Below, in pieces: positions 10,024 to 20,800 of a stretch of DNA of 64,000 nucleotides. The position numbers and the translations under genes are program-made. This DNA is from a virus: the IMG/VR virus record IMGVR_UViG_3300037069_000769, positions 38,322 to 102,321 of that record; one strand, written 5' to 3'. The stretch's first letter is position 1; every line of letters begins with the position of its first letter. Below the pieces are notes generated by a model that saw only the letters and a program-made list of their open reading frames with translations, was not told the origin of the DNA and did not search any database.

Positions 10024-11025
10024 ATGACTGCTGAAATCAAGCTTCCGCTTGGCCAGATGTTTTCGAAGTCGGCAATTGACGAGACTTCGTTGCCGAACTC
10101 CATTCTGAATCGCCAGCAAGCGAATCGATTCATTGACATGGTCGTCGATGAAGCCATTCTGATGAAGAATGTGCGGGTGGTTCGTACGGATACGAACAAG
10201 GGCGAAATCAACAAGTTGGACCTTGGCACCATTGTGACGCAGGGTGCCAGCACTACGAGTCGGGCAACCACTCGTATTCCGACTGAGAAGGTCGTGACCT
10301 ATGATACTGAGAAGTATCGGTCGGCCTTCGATCTGAAGACGGACTTCATGGAGGATAACCTTGAGAAGGGCGGAGCCCGCGATACTCTGCTCGGGATGTT
10401 CTCGAAGCGTATGGCAATCGATACTGAGTTGGCTGCCATCGAAGGTGATAGCACGCTCGCGACCGGCGACTCTCAGTCTGACGAGAACAACCTGCTCGGC
10501 GTGAACGACGGATTCAGCAAGATTTTGCTGGCCAACGTTCCCAGTGCTCAGCAGGTGGATGCAAGTGGAGATGCTCCGAGCAAGCGGCTCTACTACGAGA
10601 TGAAGCGTCGGATTCCCTCGCGTTATCGCGTTGCGAAACCCGATTACGTGTGGATCGTTCCGTCGGGGCCTGCTGATAAGTGGAAGCTGGACTGGTCGGA
10701 TCGTGAAACCGTGGGTGGCGACTCGGCCTTGTCTTCGGGTCTGGTCCCCGGCCCGTGGGGCATTCCGATGCTCGAAGTCCCGCTGATGCCCGAAGACCTG
10801 AGCTTCGGCACCATCGGCACGGATGGATGCCAGATTTGGCTGACCCCGCTCAAGAACCTGATCTACTTTGTCCAGCGGGACATCACGATCGAGTTCGACC
10901 GCCGCCCGCGTCAGGACGTGTGGGAAGTGACCATCCACTTCCGAGTGGACTTCGAGATTGAGAATACGGAGTTGGTCATCATGGCGAAGAATGTTTCGCT
11001 GAGTGGCTCCGACTATACCGGCTAA
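10024..11025 (+). CDS. major capsid protein (HK97 fold)
   Basis: 333 aa after protease; LNRQQANRFID, DFMEDNLE, DTELAAIEGD, NDGF, PWGIPMLEVPLMP, RVDFEIE. Confidence 0.9.
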   Translation: MTAEIKLPLGQMFSKSAIDETSLPNSILNRQQANRFIDMVVDEAILMKNVRVVRTDTNKGEINKLDLGTIVTQGASTTSRATTRIPTEKVVTYDTEKYRSAFDLKTDFMEDNLEKGGARDTLLGMFSKRMAIDTELAAIEGDSTLATGDSQSDENNLLGVNDGFSKILLANVPSAQQVDASGDAPSKRLYYEMKRRIPSRYRVAKPDYVWIVPSGPADKWKLDWSDRETVGGDSALSSGLVPGPWGIPMLEVPLMPEDLSFGTIGTDGCQIWLTPLKNLIYFVQRDITIEFDRRPRQDVWEVTIHFRVDFEIENTELVIMAKNVSLSGSDYTG

Positions 11026-11092
11026 TCCCCGATGTTTGGGCGGCTACTGTGAGCGAAATCTCCGGTAGCCGCCTCTTCCTTGTGAGGTGCAC

Positions 11093-12268
11093 ATGGATGG
11101 GTTCAAGGTAGTGGATGGGGAAGAACCTCGTGCCTCGATTCCTGACGGGTGGTTCAGTAAGTCAGATGGTCCCCCTCTTAGAGTTGCGTTGAAGTTTGTT
11201 GGCGGAGTTGGTGACATTACGATGGCTATAGGGGGCACAGCTTCAGCCCTCGACGGGCGGTCTTGTTTCGTTGACGCCTTTGTTCTGCCTCACCAAGTTA
11301 AGTATGCTGCGATACTCTCAGGCATTCGTAAGGCATACCCCGTTGCAAGTTGGAATGAGCCTGAAACACGTTTTCAGTATGATGTGGTCATTGACTTCGC
11401 AGGTGTTCTGAATAACGCCCGAAGCTTGAAGGCCAAAGATTACTACGAATTGATTAGCGAGCGGGTGGGCACGTTAGTCAAGCCGGGATCGTATTTGGGA
11501 TTTACGTTTAAGCCTCAACCGGTAGCATGTGTGGCACTTCACCCCGGAGCAAGTAACCCGAACCGACGTTGGCCTTATTCAAATTGGGATAAGTTAGCAT
11601 ACATGCTGGCATCCCGAGAGCTAGAAGTGTTGTGGCTTGGAACCCGTGACGATTACGGGTTTAACGACGAGAAATGCGGAATTTGGAAGCTGAGTGATTA
11701 CTACGAAGATTTGGTAACTCAGACCAAGAAGCTTGCCACGTTCCGATATTTCATTGGAAATGATTCAGGATTTGCACACATCGCCGGCCTGCTAGGCGTA
11801 CCCGGAGTGGTACTGTTTAGTTCGACCCACCCCGACGATGTGATTGCGAGATACGATTCTTTGAGAGGTGTTCACCGATTCGATTTAGTCGGAGAGCCTA
11901 CTCGAAGTTTGGATAAGAAAGACCGGAGGTCATTGGACGCACTGGAGGCACTTACTCCAGAAGACGTGTTGAATGCCACCCCTTTCAAGGATACTCCTGA
12001 TAAGCAGCAGATAAAAAGGCCGCTGCCTGCTCGAAGACGCAAGATTGTTTTGGTTGGGTCGATCCCACTTGCTGACCGTTTGTACGAGTTCTTAGCCGAT
12101 CTATATGATGTGGAACGGAGTAAGAATGTGTCAGAGAACTTAGAGTACGATGGACTCTTGGTTATCTCTGAGGCTGGTTGTGAATTACGAACGGCAAAAA
12201 ACGTAAGTAGGGTAAACGTGAGTGACTTTGAAAACGTCACTAGGGCAATCCGTGAACGACTTGCGTAG
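11093..12268 (+). CDS. glycosyltransferase family 9 (heptosyltransferase-like)
   Basis: GGVGD, YDVVIDF, LHPGASNPNRRWP, FIGNDSGFAHIAGLLGVPGVVLF. Confidence 0.9.
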   Translation: MDGFKVVDGEEPRASIPDGWFSKSDGPPLRVALKFVGGVGDITMAIGGTASALDGRSCFVDAFVLPHQVKYAAILSGIRKAYPVASWNEPETRFQYDVVIDFAGVLNNARSLKAKDYYELISERVGTLVKPGSYLGFTFKPQPVACVALHPGASNPNRRWPYSNWDKLAYMLASRELEVLWLGTRDDYGFNDEKCGIWKLSDYYEDLVTQTKKLATFRYFIGNDSGFAHIAGLLGVPGVVLFSSTHPDDVIARYDSLRGVHRFDLVGEPTRSLDKKDRRSLDALEALTPEDVLNATPFKDTPDKQQIKRPLPARRRKIVLVGSIPLADRLYEFLADLYDVERSKNVSENLEYDGLLVISEAGCELRTAKNVSRVNVSDFENVTRAIRERLA

Positions 12269-12319
12269 AAAGCTTCACCTATGAGCGGAGGCAAGAGCCC
12301 CCGGAAAGGAGGTCTTGAG

Positions 12320-12877
12320 ATGGACGAGACCCCCGTAACGGAGAACAGGGTACTTCACAGTAGAATCAACGACATTGAGGATGATGTTCAAGGGTTCGGG
12401 CAACAGCTAGCTAGCGTCAAGTCCGAGGTAGCTCATATCTCACTCGGGCTTGACAAGTTAGCTAAGGGCTTTGAAACTTTTGCCAGTTCGGTCAGTGTTA
12501 GTAACAAACCGAACTGGCAGACGATCGCAGCGTGGGCTGGCCTTGTTATCGGTATCATGGGGTCTTTGGGATACCTATACCAACAGCCTTTACAGCAGCG
12601 ATTGGATAAGATCGACGGAGATATGCCTGCCATACGGCGGGCTACTGCTGAATACCAAGTAAAGTTTGATGGGATCGAGCGAGAGATCGTACTTCGGGAA
12701 GAACTTCAACAGGAACGCCTGAAGAGACTTGACGAAAAGATCGATCTGTACACCAAACTTTCCATTTACGAGCGAGAGCATCAACGATCATGGCAGTTAC
12801 CGCCAACACGACTACCGTCAGCTCCACTGGGCAAGAAGTTTATGTCGGAGATACTGGATGCACCCTCTTCACCGTGA
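12320..12877 (+). CDS. hypothetical coiled-coil protein with one transmembrane helix
   Basis: AAGGAGG RBS; WQTIAAWAGLVIGIMGSLGYLY between coiled coils; possibly lysis-related. Confidence 0.55.
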   Translation: MDETPVTENRVLHSRINDIEDDVQGFGQQLASVKSEVAHISLGLDKLAKGFETFASSVSVSNKPNWQTIAAWAGLVIGIMGSLGYLYQQPLQQRLDKIDGDMPAIRRATAEYQVKFDGIEREIVLREELQQERLKRLDEKIDLYTKLSIYEREHQRSWQLPPTRLPSAPLGKKFMSEILDAPSSP

Positions 12878-13098
12878 CGGTGCCTTCAACTTCAACGCAG
12901 GACGCCCTTGTGAACGTGGCGGGCCTGCACTCCCGATCTACGGACAGCAACAGCACTCCTGTTGACTTCTTCCGCGTGCGTAAGGGAGCTACCCAAACGT
13001 TTCGCATGGAGAAGGGCGGTATTCGCCGAGTGTTTATCAAGGGTGATAGCGGGAATGCTACTGTTGACTGGGGTGTTACAGGACGTACCTCTTTCTAG
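12790..13098 (+). CDS. hypothetical small beta-rich protein
   Basis: 102 aa, T/V-rich; overlaps end of previous ORF. Confidence 0.55.
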   Translation: MAVTANTTTVSSTGQEVYVGDTGCTLFTVTVPSTSTQDALVNVAGLHSRSTDSNSTPVDFFRVRKGATQTFRMEKGGIRRVFIKGDSGNATVDWGVTGRTSF

Positions 13099-13107
13099 GT
13101 GGACCGT

Positions 13108-13806
13108 ATGGGAAACTACGCAACCGTAGCAGATGTCCGAAACTTCAAAGTTGCTGGTCAGCCTATCGACCTCTCGGGGTTGACTGACGTTGATATTGAG
13201 GACGACATTGCTTTGGCTGAAGAGGTGGTGGAATTAGTTACGGGGGACATCTTTTACGTTAAGACAGAGACGAATAAGTTCGACGGATCGGGCCTTTATT
13301 CTCTGCACTTTGTCCCTCAGATTCCCTACCAGTTGTTGAGTGTCACCTCGATTGAGGATGTTGATCCCGGCAGTCAGGTGATGTACACTTACCAACCCAC
13401 TGACTTCGTGGTGTATCCCTACCATATCGAGTTGACACAGGAATGCGGTGATCCGCGTTACAACTTTGGTAGGTCGGGTGTTTGGCCCCGAGGTCAGCAA
13501 AACATCGTGATTGCGGGAACGTGGGGCAATGCCACCTGCCCTGCGGCAATCAGACGGGCAGTAGTTTTGCTCACTCTTGAGAGGATCATGCCGGGATCAA
13601 CTCAAATGATTCCTGACGGGATTGCTCAAGCTCAGTGGCCTGACTATCTCGTGACGTTCAAAGGTCGAGCAGCTCAAGGAATTACGACAGGGTACGTTGA
13701 GGTGGATTTGCTGCTTGAGAAGCACATCAACCATAACGGTATGTTCATCGTGGTGCCCGATCAGAAGCAGACCTATGACGGTAACCGGATCAAACTGGTG
13801 CACTAA
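13108..13806 (+). CDS. head-tail adaptor/connector
   Basis: YATVADV N-terminus, GQQNIVIAGTWG...PAAIRRAV; position after capsid genes. Confidence 0.75.
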   Translation: MGNYATVADVRNFKVAGQPIDLSGLTDVDIEDDIALAEEVVELVTGDIFYVKTETNKFDGSGLYSLHFVPQIPYQLLSVTSIEDVDPGSQVMYTYQPTDFVVYPYHIELTQECGDPRYNFGRSGVWPRGQQNIVIAGTWGNATCPAAIRRAVVLLTLERIMPGSTQMIPDGIAQAQWPDYLVTFKGRAAQGITTGYVEVDLLLEKHINHNGMFIVVPDQKQTYDGNRIKLVH

Positions 13807-13922
13807 CATGAAAAATTGGGGTTTGATACTGTTGGGAATTTTGCTTGGAGCTGCTCCTTTTCTGTTGGTGCTCTTGTACGTTTGGTTACTGTTCGCAACT
13901 GAAAGTCCTATAGGAGATACTC

Positions 13923-14219
13923 ATGTCGGTTCGTGCGAAGTTTACGTGCTACGAAAAAATCCCCGCGACTGCTCCAGACTGCGATGGCGGTCAGGTCAAG
14001 TTGAGAGCGGTGATCGACGGCAGTGCTGAGAATGAGGCGTTCTTTCACTACACGCCTTACGGCGAGTTGTCGATGGGAACGATCAATCAGGCCGCATTCG
14101 ATCAGTTTGAGGTAGGGAAGCAGTACTATCTCGACATCTCTTCGGCTGAAGTCCCAACTGTCGCAACTCGTGAGAAGACTCCGGATGAAGAGGCTTCTGA
14201 TCCCAGATACTGCGGTTGA
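13923..14219 (+). CDS. conserved phage hypothetical protein
   Basis: AGGAG RBS; VRAKF...ENEAFFHYTPYG...FEVGKQYYLD pattern. Confidence 0.7.
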   Translation: MSVRAKFTCYEKIPATAPDCDGGQVKLRAVIDGSAENEAFFHYTPYGELSMGTINQAAFDQFEVGKQYYLDISSAEVPTVATREKTPDEEASDPRYCG

Positions 14220-14245
14220 TTTTGCAAACGTTTGCACGGTGATCT

Positions 14246-14626
14246 ATGCCCGCAATTCCCTTGTTTGGTCTGCCTCACAAGATTGACGTTTACAAACTGG
14301 CGGATGCTGACGACGGGGCAGGGGGCGTTATTCCGGGAGGAGCTAGAACTAATCTCTACACTGGGCTTAGGGCTAGAATCTCCCGGATGGTGGACAAAGA
14401 CGAAAACGAACTTTTTGGTCAAGCAACCGGGGAACATTGGCGAGTTGTAGTTGCCCCAAGCAGTATCCCCAAAGGATGCTTCATCACCCTAAACGCCAAT
14501 TGTATTCCGGCTCCTCTTGACCAAGGCGAGGTATGTCAGGTGATCTACGCCAAGAAGGAGATCGATCACGTAGGCAACCATAACCACACTTCAGTAGTTA
14601 TGCACCTATGGACTGGTGACAAGTGA
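14246..14626 (+). CDS. putative head-closure protein
   Basis: 126 aa with DDGAGG loop; synteny. Confidence 0.6.
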   Translation: MPAIPLFGLPHKIDVYKLADADDGAGGVIPGGARTNLYTGLRARISRMVDKDENELFGQATGEHWRVVVAPSSIPKGCFITLNANCIPAPLDQGEVCQVIYAKKEIDHVGNHNHTSVVMHLWTGDK

Positions 14627-15120
14627 CCGCAGTACTCTCAGTAACTCTGGATAGTTTAGGTACTATTGACGCTCGCATTGCTGTGATGATGGCCTCATTT
14701 CCCCAAAGATTGGGGCAGGCCATGTTCACTTCAGCGTACGATACGGTAGTGCCTGCGGTTCAAGCTCAGATCAGAGCTAACACCTCAGTCTTTCGAGGTG
14801 GGTTGCATCAGCGAGTATCTCCCTCAGTTACAGTAAGTAACACTGGTGCAGTTCTCGTAATCGGGTCTTTGGGAGTTCAGTACGGATTGTTCGTGGAGGA
14901 GGGAAGTCTTCCTCGCGTAATGAGTGCGGCGGAAATTAGGCAGATGCCCGCATGGGTAATGGCTAAGGGAATTACGCCTGATCCCGTAATAGCTGCAAGG
15001 ATTGCATGGAACATTATCCGAGCAATTCAGTCAAAGGGAAATAAACCTCACCCGTATCTTGTGCCCGCGTGGGTAGCAACACGGGATGCGTTCTTTGCTG
15101 GCGTCTTAGCGAGGTTCTAG
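14623..15120 (+). CDS. neck/tail-completion protein (HK97 gp10-like)
   Basis: YGLFVEEGS and GNKPHPYLVPA motifs; synteny. Confidence 0.7.
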   Translation: MTAVLSVTLDSLGTIDARIAVMMASFPQRLGQAMFTSAYDTVVPAVQAQIRANTSVFRGGLHQRVSPSVTVSNTGAVLVIGSLGVQYGLFVEEGSLPRVMSAAEIRQMPAWVMAKGITPDPVIAARIAWNIIRAIQSKGNKPHPYLVPAWVATRDAFFAGVLARF

Positions 15121-15121
15121 T

Positions 15122-15568
15122 ATGCTGGACGCTTTGTACAATGCAATCATTCAAAAACTTCGAGGCGACGGGCAGCTTGTTAGCTTAACTGAGCATACTG
15201 TTTCCCCGCCTGACTTTCGGATAGGTAGAGGGCATCCCACTACGGTAGGCAAAAAGCCTTACCTTGCCGTAGATGCTATGGTCTCCACCCCATTGACTCC
15301 TGATGTATCGGCAGTTGAGAAAGCACGCATAGTTTTTACTGCGATCTCCTCTGATCCGGTAAAGTGCATGCAAATTGCTGGACGAGTAAAGGCTCTCCTG
15401 AGTAATCAAACGCCTCGTGACTATTGGAACTTCACAAACTCCAGTATTGTAAACAAAGGCACGACCTACAAGGGTTACGGTAAGATTCTTGAGTATGATG
15501 ACAACTTGAAATGTTACAGCACCGAAGTTCATGCGGATGCTGTTTGGTCAGACGGCCCCTGTAGTTGA
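15122..15568 (+). CDS. putative tail terminator
   Basis: 148 aa directly upstream of major tail protein. Confidence 0.6.
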   Translation: MLDALYNAIIQKLRGDGQLVSLTEHTVSPPDFRIGRGHPTTVGKKPYLAVDAMVSTPLTPDVSAVEKARIVFTAISSDPVKCMQIAGRVKALLSNQTPRDYWNFTNSSIVNKGTTYKGYGKILEYDDNLKCYSTEVHADAVWSDGPCS

Positions 15569-15586
15569 TTCAGTTTGGAGAGTTAA

Positions 15587-16069
15587 ATGTCTGGAAATGC
15601 TAACAACATCTTGGTTGGAGCCGCACAGGTTTCGATCAACGGAAGTGATGTTGGGTACACCAAAGGCGGCAGTCAGGTTCGCTACGAGCCTGAATTTCTT
15701 GACATCATGGCCGATCAGGCTATTGGTGTGGTCAAGAAAAACCGTACTTCTGAACGCATGTACGTGAAGTTTACGGTGCTGGAGGTGACTCTGGCTCGTA
15801 TCCGACAGGCGTTTATGATGCCCTCCGCTAACTTGAGCGGCAGCACGTTGACCCTCGGATACAACTCTGCCTGTTGGACGGATCAGGTGGCGTTGGTTCT
15901 CGTTGGTGTGTCTCCGTCATGCGGAACCCGTACCTTCACCTTCTCCAACTGTACCACCTTCGGCAAGAAGGAGTACAACATGAAGCGTGAGGAAGAGACC
16001 ATGTTCGAGATGGAGTTTGAAGTCTTGAAGAATTCCAGTGGAGTCTTCGGGACGATCATTGACTCGTAA
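15587..16069 (+). CDS. major tail (tube) protein
   Basis: NNILVGAA, DVGYTKGG, ADQ, FTVLEVTL, FEVL typical of siphoviral tube proteins. Confidence 0.8.
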   Translation: MSGNANNILVGAAQVSINGSDVGYTKGGSQVRYEPEFLDIMADQAIGVVKKNRTSERMYVKFTVLEVTLARIRQAFMMPSANLSGSTLTLGYNSACWTDQVALVLVGVSPSCGTRTFTFSNCTTFGKKEYNMKREEETMFEMEFEVLKNSSGVFGTIIDS

Positions 16070-16081
16070 AGGGGGTGATCC

Positions 16082-16309
16082 TTGAGTCACACGGCAAGTA
16101 GTGAGACAGGTTCATACGTTAAGACTGAGGTGGATCATCTCGGCATTTCGACGTATGAGGAATTGCAGGCTTTCCGTGCTCTGCCCCGACGGCTGGGTAA
16201 CATGAACACGGCATTGGCTGCGGTTGCTACTGCTCGAAGAAAGCAGTGGCAGAGTCGTAAGCGGATGAGAAGTGATGCTCTCCGCTTGTTCCGTGAGGGA
16301 CAGTTGTAG
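16082..16309 (+). CDS. hypothetical protein
   Basis: 75 aa with GGGGGTG RBS; palindrome just after the stop. Confidence 0.45.
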   Translation: MSHTASSETGSYVKTEVDHLGISTYEELQAFRALPRRLGNMNTALAAVATARRKQWQSRKRMRSDALRLFREGQL

Positions 16310-16358
16310 GAAGTGCAAACGTTTGCACTCCAGTTCTTGAGTTTGGGAGTTTCAAAGC

Positions 16359-16730
16359 ATGGGACATGATTTTTCATTCGCCGGGGGTATGGGTGACTTC
16401 ACGGTCACCAAGAGTAACCCTTCGGGCAATATCGTGAAGTTCACGATTACCGACTCGGGACATCTGCTGACCACCAGTAAGATGATTCGCTCGGTGCTGG
16501 AAGACGCCATCGACCAGTTCATCGCCATTGAGCGTGCTGATCTGAACACTAACGGCGACTCTTCCGTGAAGGGTTACGATCAGTACGATCCCCGCCATGT
16601 CGGTGATGGGTACGGTGCGTTCACTTGGAACTTCGCCGGCAAGTATGCTCAGGTTACCCTGACCGCTCTGACTAACATTGCGGCCACTGGTACGATCACT
16701 GTCAGTATTCCTTACGGGGATACGGTCTAA
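16359..16730 (+). CDS. hypothetical protein
   Basis: 123 aa, flanked on both sides by palindrome copies. Confidence 0.65.
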   Translation: MGHDFSFAGGMGDFTVTKSNPSGNIVKFTITDSGHLLTTSKMIRSVLEDAIDQFIAIERADLNTNGDSSVKGYDQYDPRHVGDGYGAFTWNFAGKYAQVTLTALTNIAATGTITVSIPYGDTV

Positions 16731-16773
16731 CGCAAACTGAGTGGTTTGCAAACGTTTGCACTGGAGTAAGAGT

Positions 16774-17091
16774 ATGAGCACCGATACGATTGATCCTCTC
16801 ACAAATCAGCCGTCAACCACCTTCCGCACCAAAGATACGGCACAAGCGGCCTTTCTTTGGTGTCGGACAGGTGTGAAATTGTTAAGCGTCGAAGGTCAAG
16901 GGAAGACTGTGTTCTTCTCGTTTCATGTTCCGTTGGATGAGCGGGACATGACTGCCCTCGTCCTATCTTATGCAAATGGTGAGACTACGGTCGAGCCCAA
17001 ACTGTTTGTGCAAAAGCAGAATGATCTCCGTGATCTGATCCACGGCATTCTGAAGATGCCCAAACGTGATACGAAAGAGGTACGAACATGA
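16774..17091 (+). CDS. DUF5659-like protein
   Basis: TKDTAQAAFL...FFSF...YANG...VEPKLF...LRDLI pattern. Confidence 0.6.
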   Translation: MSTDTIDPLTNQPSTTFRTKDTAQAAFLWCRTGVKLLSVEGQGKTVFFSFHVPLDERDMTALVLSYANGETTVEPKLFVQKQNDLRDLIHGILKMPKRDTKEVRT

Positions 17092-17546
17092 GTATTGAAT
17101 CCGCAATCAAGGCAGACGTTGAAGCTGTTGGCGGTAAGGTTCTCTCCGAAGCTGAGCGTATGTTCAACTTGGGCGAGACCATTGTTACCAAGACTTTGGG
17201 CAAAATCACCGTCAAAGAATTGTCGCTTGAGAGTCTGCTCGGAATGAGTCAGTCACTCGTGGCGATTTTAGGGGAAGTCCAAACCCTTGCGGCAAAGCTC
17301 GGCCCGAAAGCTGACCCCTTCGCATGGGTGTCCGCCGTTCTCACTGATCCCAAGCTGATGGACGTGTTGAAGTCCCTCGCCGCCGCAGCGACTGGGATCG
17401 ATGTGAGTAAGTTCAACAATCTTCCCATTTCTGATTGGGTGAAGATCGGAACTTCGCTTGCCCATGTGACTGACTTTGCGGAGATTCAGCAGCTTTTTCA
17501 AATGATTCTCCCGACTCTTCAGGCTCTGAAGCCGAGTTCGCCGTAA
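17088..17546 (+). CDS. tail assembly chaperone
   Basis: 152 aa between tube and tape measure; -1 frame open from about 17474 to 17863. Confidence 0.7.
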   Translation: MSIESAIKADVEAVGGKVLSEAERMFNLGETIVTKTLGKITVKELSLESLLGMSQSLVAILGEVQTLAAKLGPKADPFAWVSAVLTDPKLMDVLKSLAAAATGIDVSKFNNLPISDWVKIGTSLAHVTDFAEIQQLFQMILPTLQALKPSSP

Positions 17547-17863
17547 ACAATGCGGCTCAACTGGTAGACGAGTTAGCTCGGGAGTATAGTTGGACTGTTG
17601 AATATATTATCAGCAAGTCCTACCATCAGTTAAAAGAGTTGCAGAATCAGATAGAGATACGGCGATACTACGACCGTCGCCTACTCTGCCTGATCCAAAG
17701 AGCATCCTCGGGGATGGCACCCGCTTCTGACATTGAAGGGTTTTTGAATACTCTGAAACCTACCATTAGAGGAAAGAGGACGCAACCCTCGCTGGTGCCT
17801 GATTTCGAGGGCCCAAGTTTCGTCGATACCGACGGAATTTTCAGCTACAACAGCAAGGGGTGA
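17493..17863 (+). CDS. tail chaperone C-terminal extension, probably by -1 frameshift
   Basis: -1 frame FSNDSP...LAREYSWTVEYII...; candidate slip site CTTTTTC at 17493-17499. Confidence 0.6.
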
Positions 17864-17866
17864 CTC

Positions 17867-20800
17867 GTGGCGTTCACCGACACTTTAGGTCAAGCGGTAA
17901 TCCGTGTTGTCGCTGACATTAGCGGAGCCCTCAGCGGCCTTCGTGCTCTCGGTGCGGCTGTAAACCAATTTGGAAATACCGTGGCCAGCGTTGGTCGCGG
18001 TATTTCCTCATTTGGTGCGTCTGCCGCCATTCTCTCAGCATCTTTGACAGGGTTGTTCACTCCTACCATTCTGGACGGTAGTAAGTTCGAGCAAACCATG
18101 TCAGCGGTCAAGGCCGTTGTCGATGATCTCGCAAAAGACATTGGCGATGCTAAAGGTAACTTCGATACCCTGACCGATGCTGCCCGTGCTTTGGGTAACG
18201 GTAAGTACGGCCCTGTTGCCGTCGCCGAAGCTATGAAGTCGTTGGGTCAAGCGGGCCTAACGTCTAGTCAAATCTTGGCAGGTATCAAACCTGTGCTTGA
18301 TTTGGCGGCTGCCGGCGAGATGCAACTCGGGGCTGCGGCTGACCATGCTGCCGACTCTATGAATGCGTTCGGTCTGAGAGCTTCAGACTTGAACCGCGTC
18401 GTAGATGCTATGGCGGCTGCTGCTTCTGCTTCGACCATTAACATCAGCGACATGGCGGAGACGTTGAAATACGCCTCCCCGCTTGCTGCTGCCTTGGGTC
18501 AAAGTATTGAAAGCGTGTCCACCGGTATCGGTCTGCTAGGTAATGCAGGCTTGAAAGGTTCGATGGCCGGCACCGGTCTGGCCCACGTCTTCCAGCAGTT
18601 AAGTAAGAAGGCTGACGAAGCTGATGAGATGCTTCGACGATACGGGTCGAGCTTTGCTGCTGTTGATCCGCAGGTTAAATCGCTCACTGAGATTGTGTTG
18701 GAGTTTCAGCGTGTAGGTGTATCTACTGCTGATATGATGGACTTCTTCGGAGCGTTCGCTGGCCGAGCTATGCTCAGCTTGAAGAACACTACGACTGAGG
18801 CCATTGCCAAAATGACTGAAGCTTTGCAGAACAATCTCGGCTCTGCCGCAGATCAGGCTGCAATCCGACTACAGAACGTCAGGGGAACATGGGCTGAGTT
18901 GCGGTCTGCTTTGCAGAATCTGAACATCGAAGTCTTTAATGCTATGAAGCAGCAGATTTCGGAGGTTCTTAAGACTGCTACGCAACTCATTATTAAGTTC
19001 CAACTTTGGGCAAGTGAAAACTCCAAAATCGTCGCCACTATTGGCACGGTTGCTGGAGGATTGGCCGCGTTCGCTGCGGCAGTCGCTGCTGTCGGCGTGC
19101 CTCTCGGCGTAACCGTTATGGCCTTGGGTAACCTTGCAGCGGCAGCAGGAACTGTCATTGCAGCCCTCGGAAATATCGAAGTTGCTATCGGGGCGGGACT
19201 TGCTGCGGCCTTTACCGGGTTGCTCATTCCCATCCTAATATCGTTGGGCCAGCACTTCGACGAACTCAAGGAGATTGCATCTCTGACATGGACTCAGGGA
19301 ATTGAGCCCTTTATCGCAGGTATGCAGGAAGGATTTCCTACTGCTCTCGCCGGGGTGCAGGAAGCCTTTAGTGGACTTAATACCGCCGTTGGGGGTGCTC
19401 TCGGTCATTGGAAGGAAGCCCTTCAGAATCTTGACCCCGCAAAAGTTTCTGACTTTGGCAATCTTTTTGTTCAGATTATGGGGCAGATCGCTGAAGCTGT
19501 AATTAACGCTTCGACGATCATCGTCAAAAACCTGAAGCTGATCTACGAAGGGTTGAAATTGGTTATCCCCGGATTGGGGGTAGTGTTCGATCTTTCTGAG
19601 AAATTGTTAGGTGAGGCCAGCGGAGGAGCGGCTGAGGTCAAGAAATCCTACGATGAACTCGTAGCAATCTTCGATGAGTTGAAGCTTCGGGCCGACGCCT
19701 TCACTGAGAGTAGTGGGGAACAGGTTGAGAATGCTCGAAAGGTAGTCAAAGAGCAGCAGGAACTCGTCTCACTGTTGGAGCGTCAAAGCCACCTCAAACC
19801 TTCAGAATTTGGGAAGCTTGGGGATTTGATGGATCGTAACCCGAACATGCGGGGCGATCTTGAGAACTCTGTAGATGCTACGAAGGCTCAACTCACTAAG
19901 GCTGAGCAAGAGCTTGCTAAGGCAAAAGCGGCCCAGCGTGATCTTGCTCCCAATTCCGATCTTTATGCTCAGGCCGGAGAACGTATCCGTGCTTTGACCG
20001 AGGTCGTACGTCGATGGCGGGACACTCTTGCAACTGCTGAACGAAACCTTAAAGACTTCGACAAAGCGTTGGAAGATAACCCCGGCATGCTCGATAAGGA
20101 TGCTGACGGGTTCCGAAAGCTTTCTGCCGAGTTGCGGGAATACGAAGCAGCAATTAACAAAGCTAAAGCTGCTCAAGAGGCGATGGGCAAGGGTGAGAAC
20201 AAGTTCCAGCGTGCTGTTGACTCCATTGACGAGCCTAAGCAAACGGGAACGGCTGGCGAGCTTCAAAAAGCTGACCAACTTAAGGAGAAAAACGAGGAGA
20301 TTCTCAAGCAGCGTAGGGAGCAACTCTCTGCGATGATTGAAGGTATGGAAGCTGCTGGAGCGATGAACGACCGGTTTGACGATCAGATTAAGAAGCTGAA
20401 GGAGCAGCGAGAACTTCACAAGGATAACGCTGAAAAGGTTGCAGAACTCGATAAGCGTTTGAAGGTGTTGAACGATGCTCAGCAGGCAGCCAACGCTAAT
20501 CGGATCGAGAGTGAACTCAGGGTTAAGGAATTGCGGGAGGATCGTGATAAAGTAGACGAGCTTCTTATCAAGAATCAGGCCAATACTGAGGATAAGAAGA
20601 CTAAGATCATGGAGCAGGCTGAGCAGAAGCGTAAAGCTCACTTGCTCGACCTCGAAGCTGATGCTGCCCGCGAGAAGGGTAATCACACTCTACAGGCTAA
20701 GAAGGAAGCTGAGAAGTTTCTTGAGGAGGAAAAGAAAAAGCTTGACGATTTGTATCAGCTTGACGGCGTAAACGACGCTAAGATCACGGCTGAACGTCAA

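Noticed and set aside
12320-12877. Holin/lysis cassette
   Set aside because: Only one TM segment and no recognisable endolysin nearby; left as hypothetical
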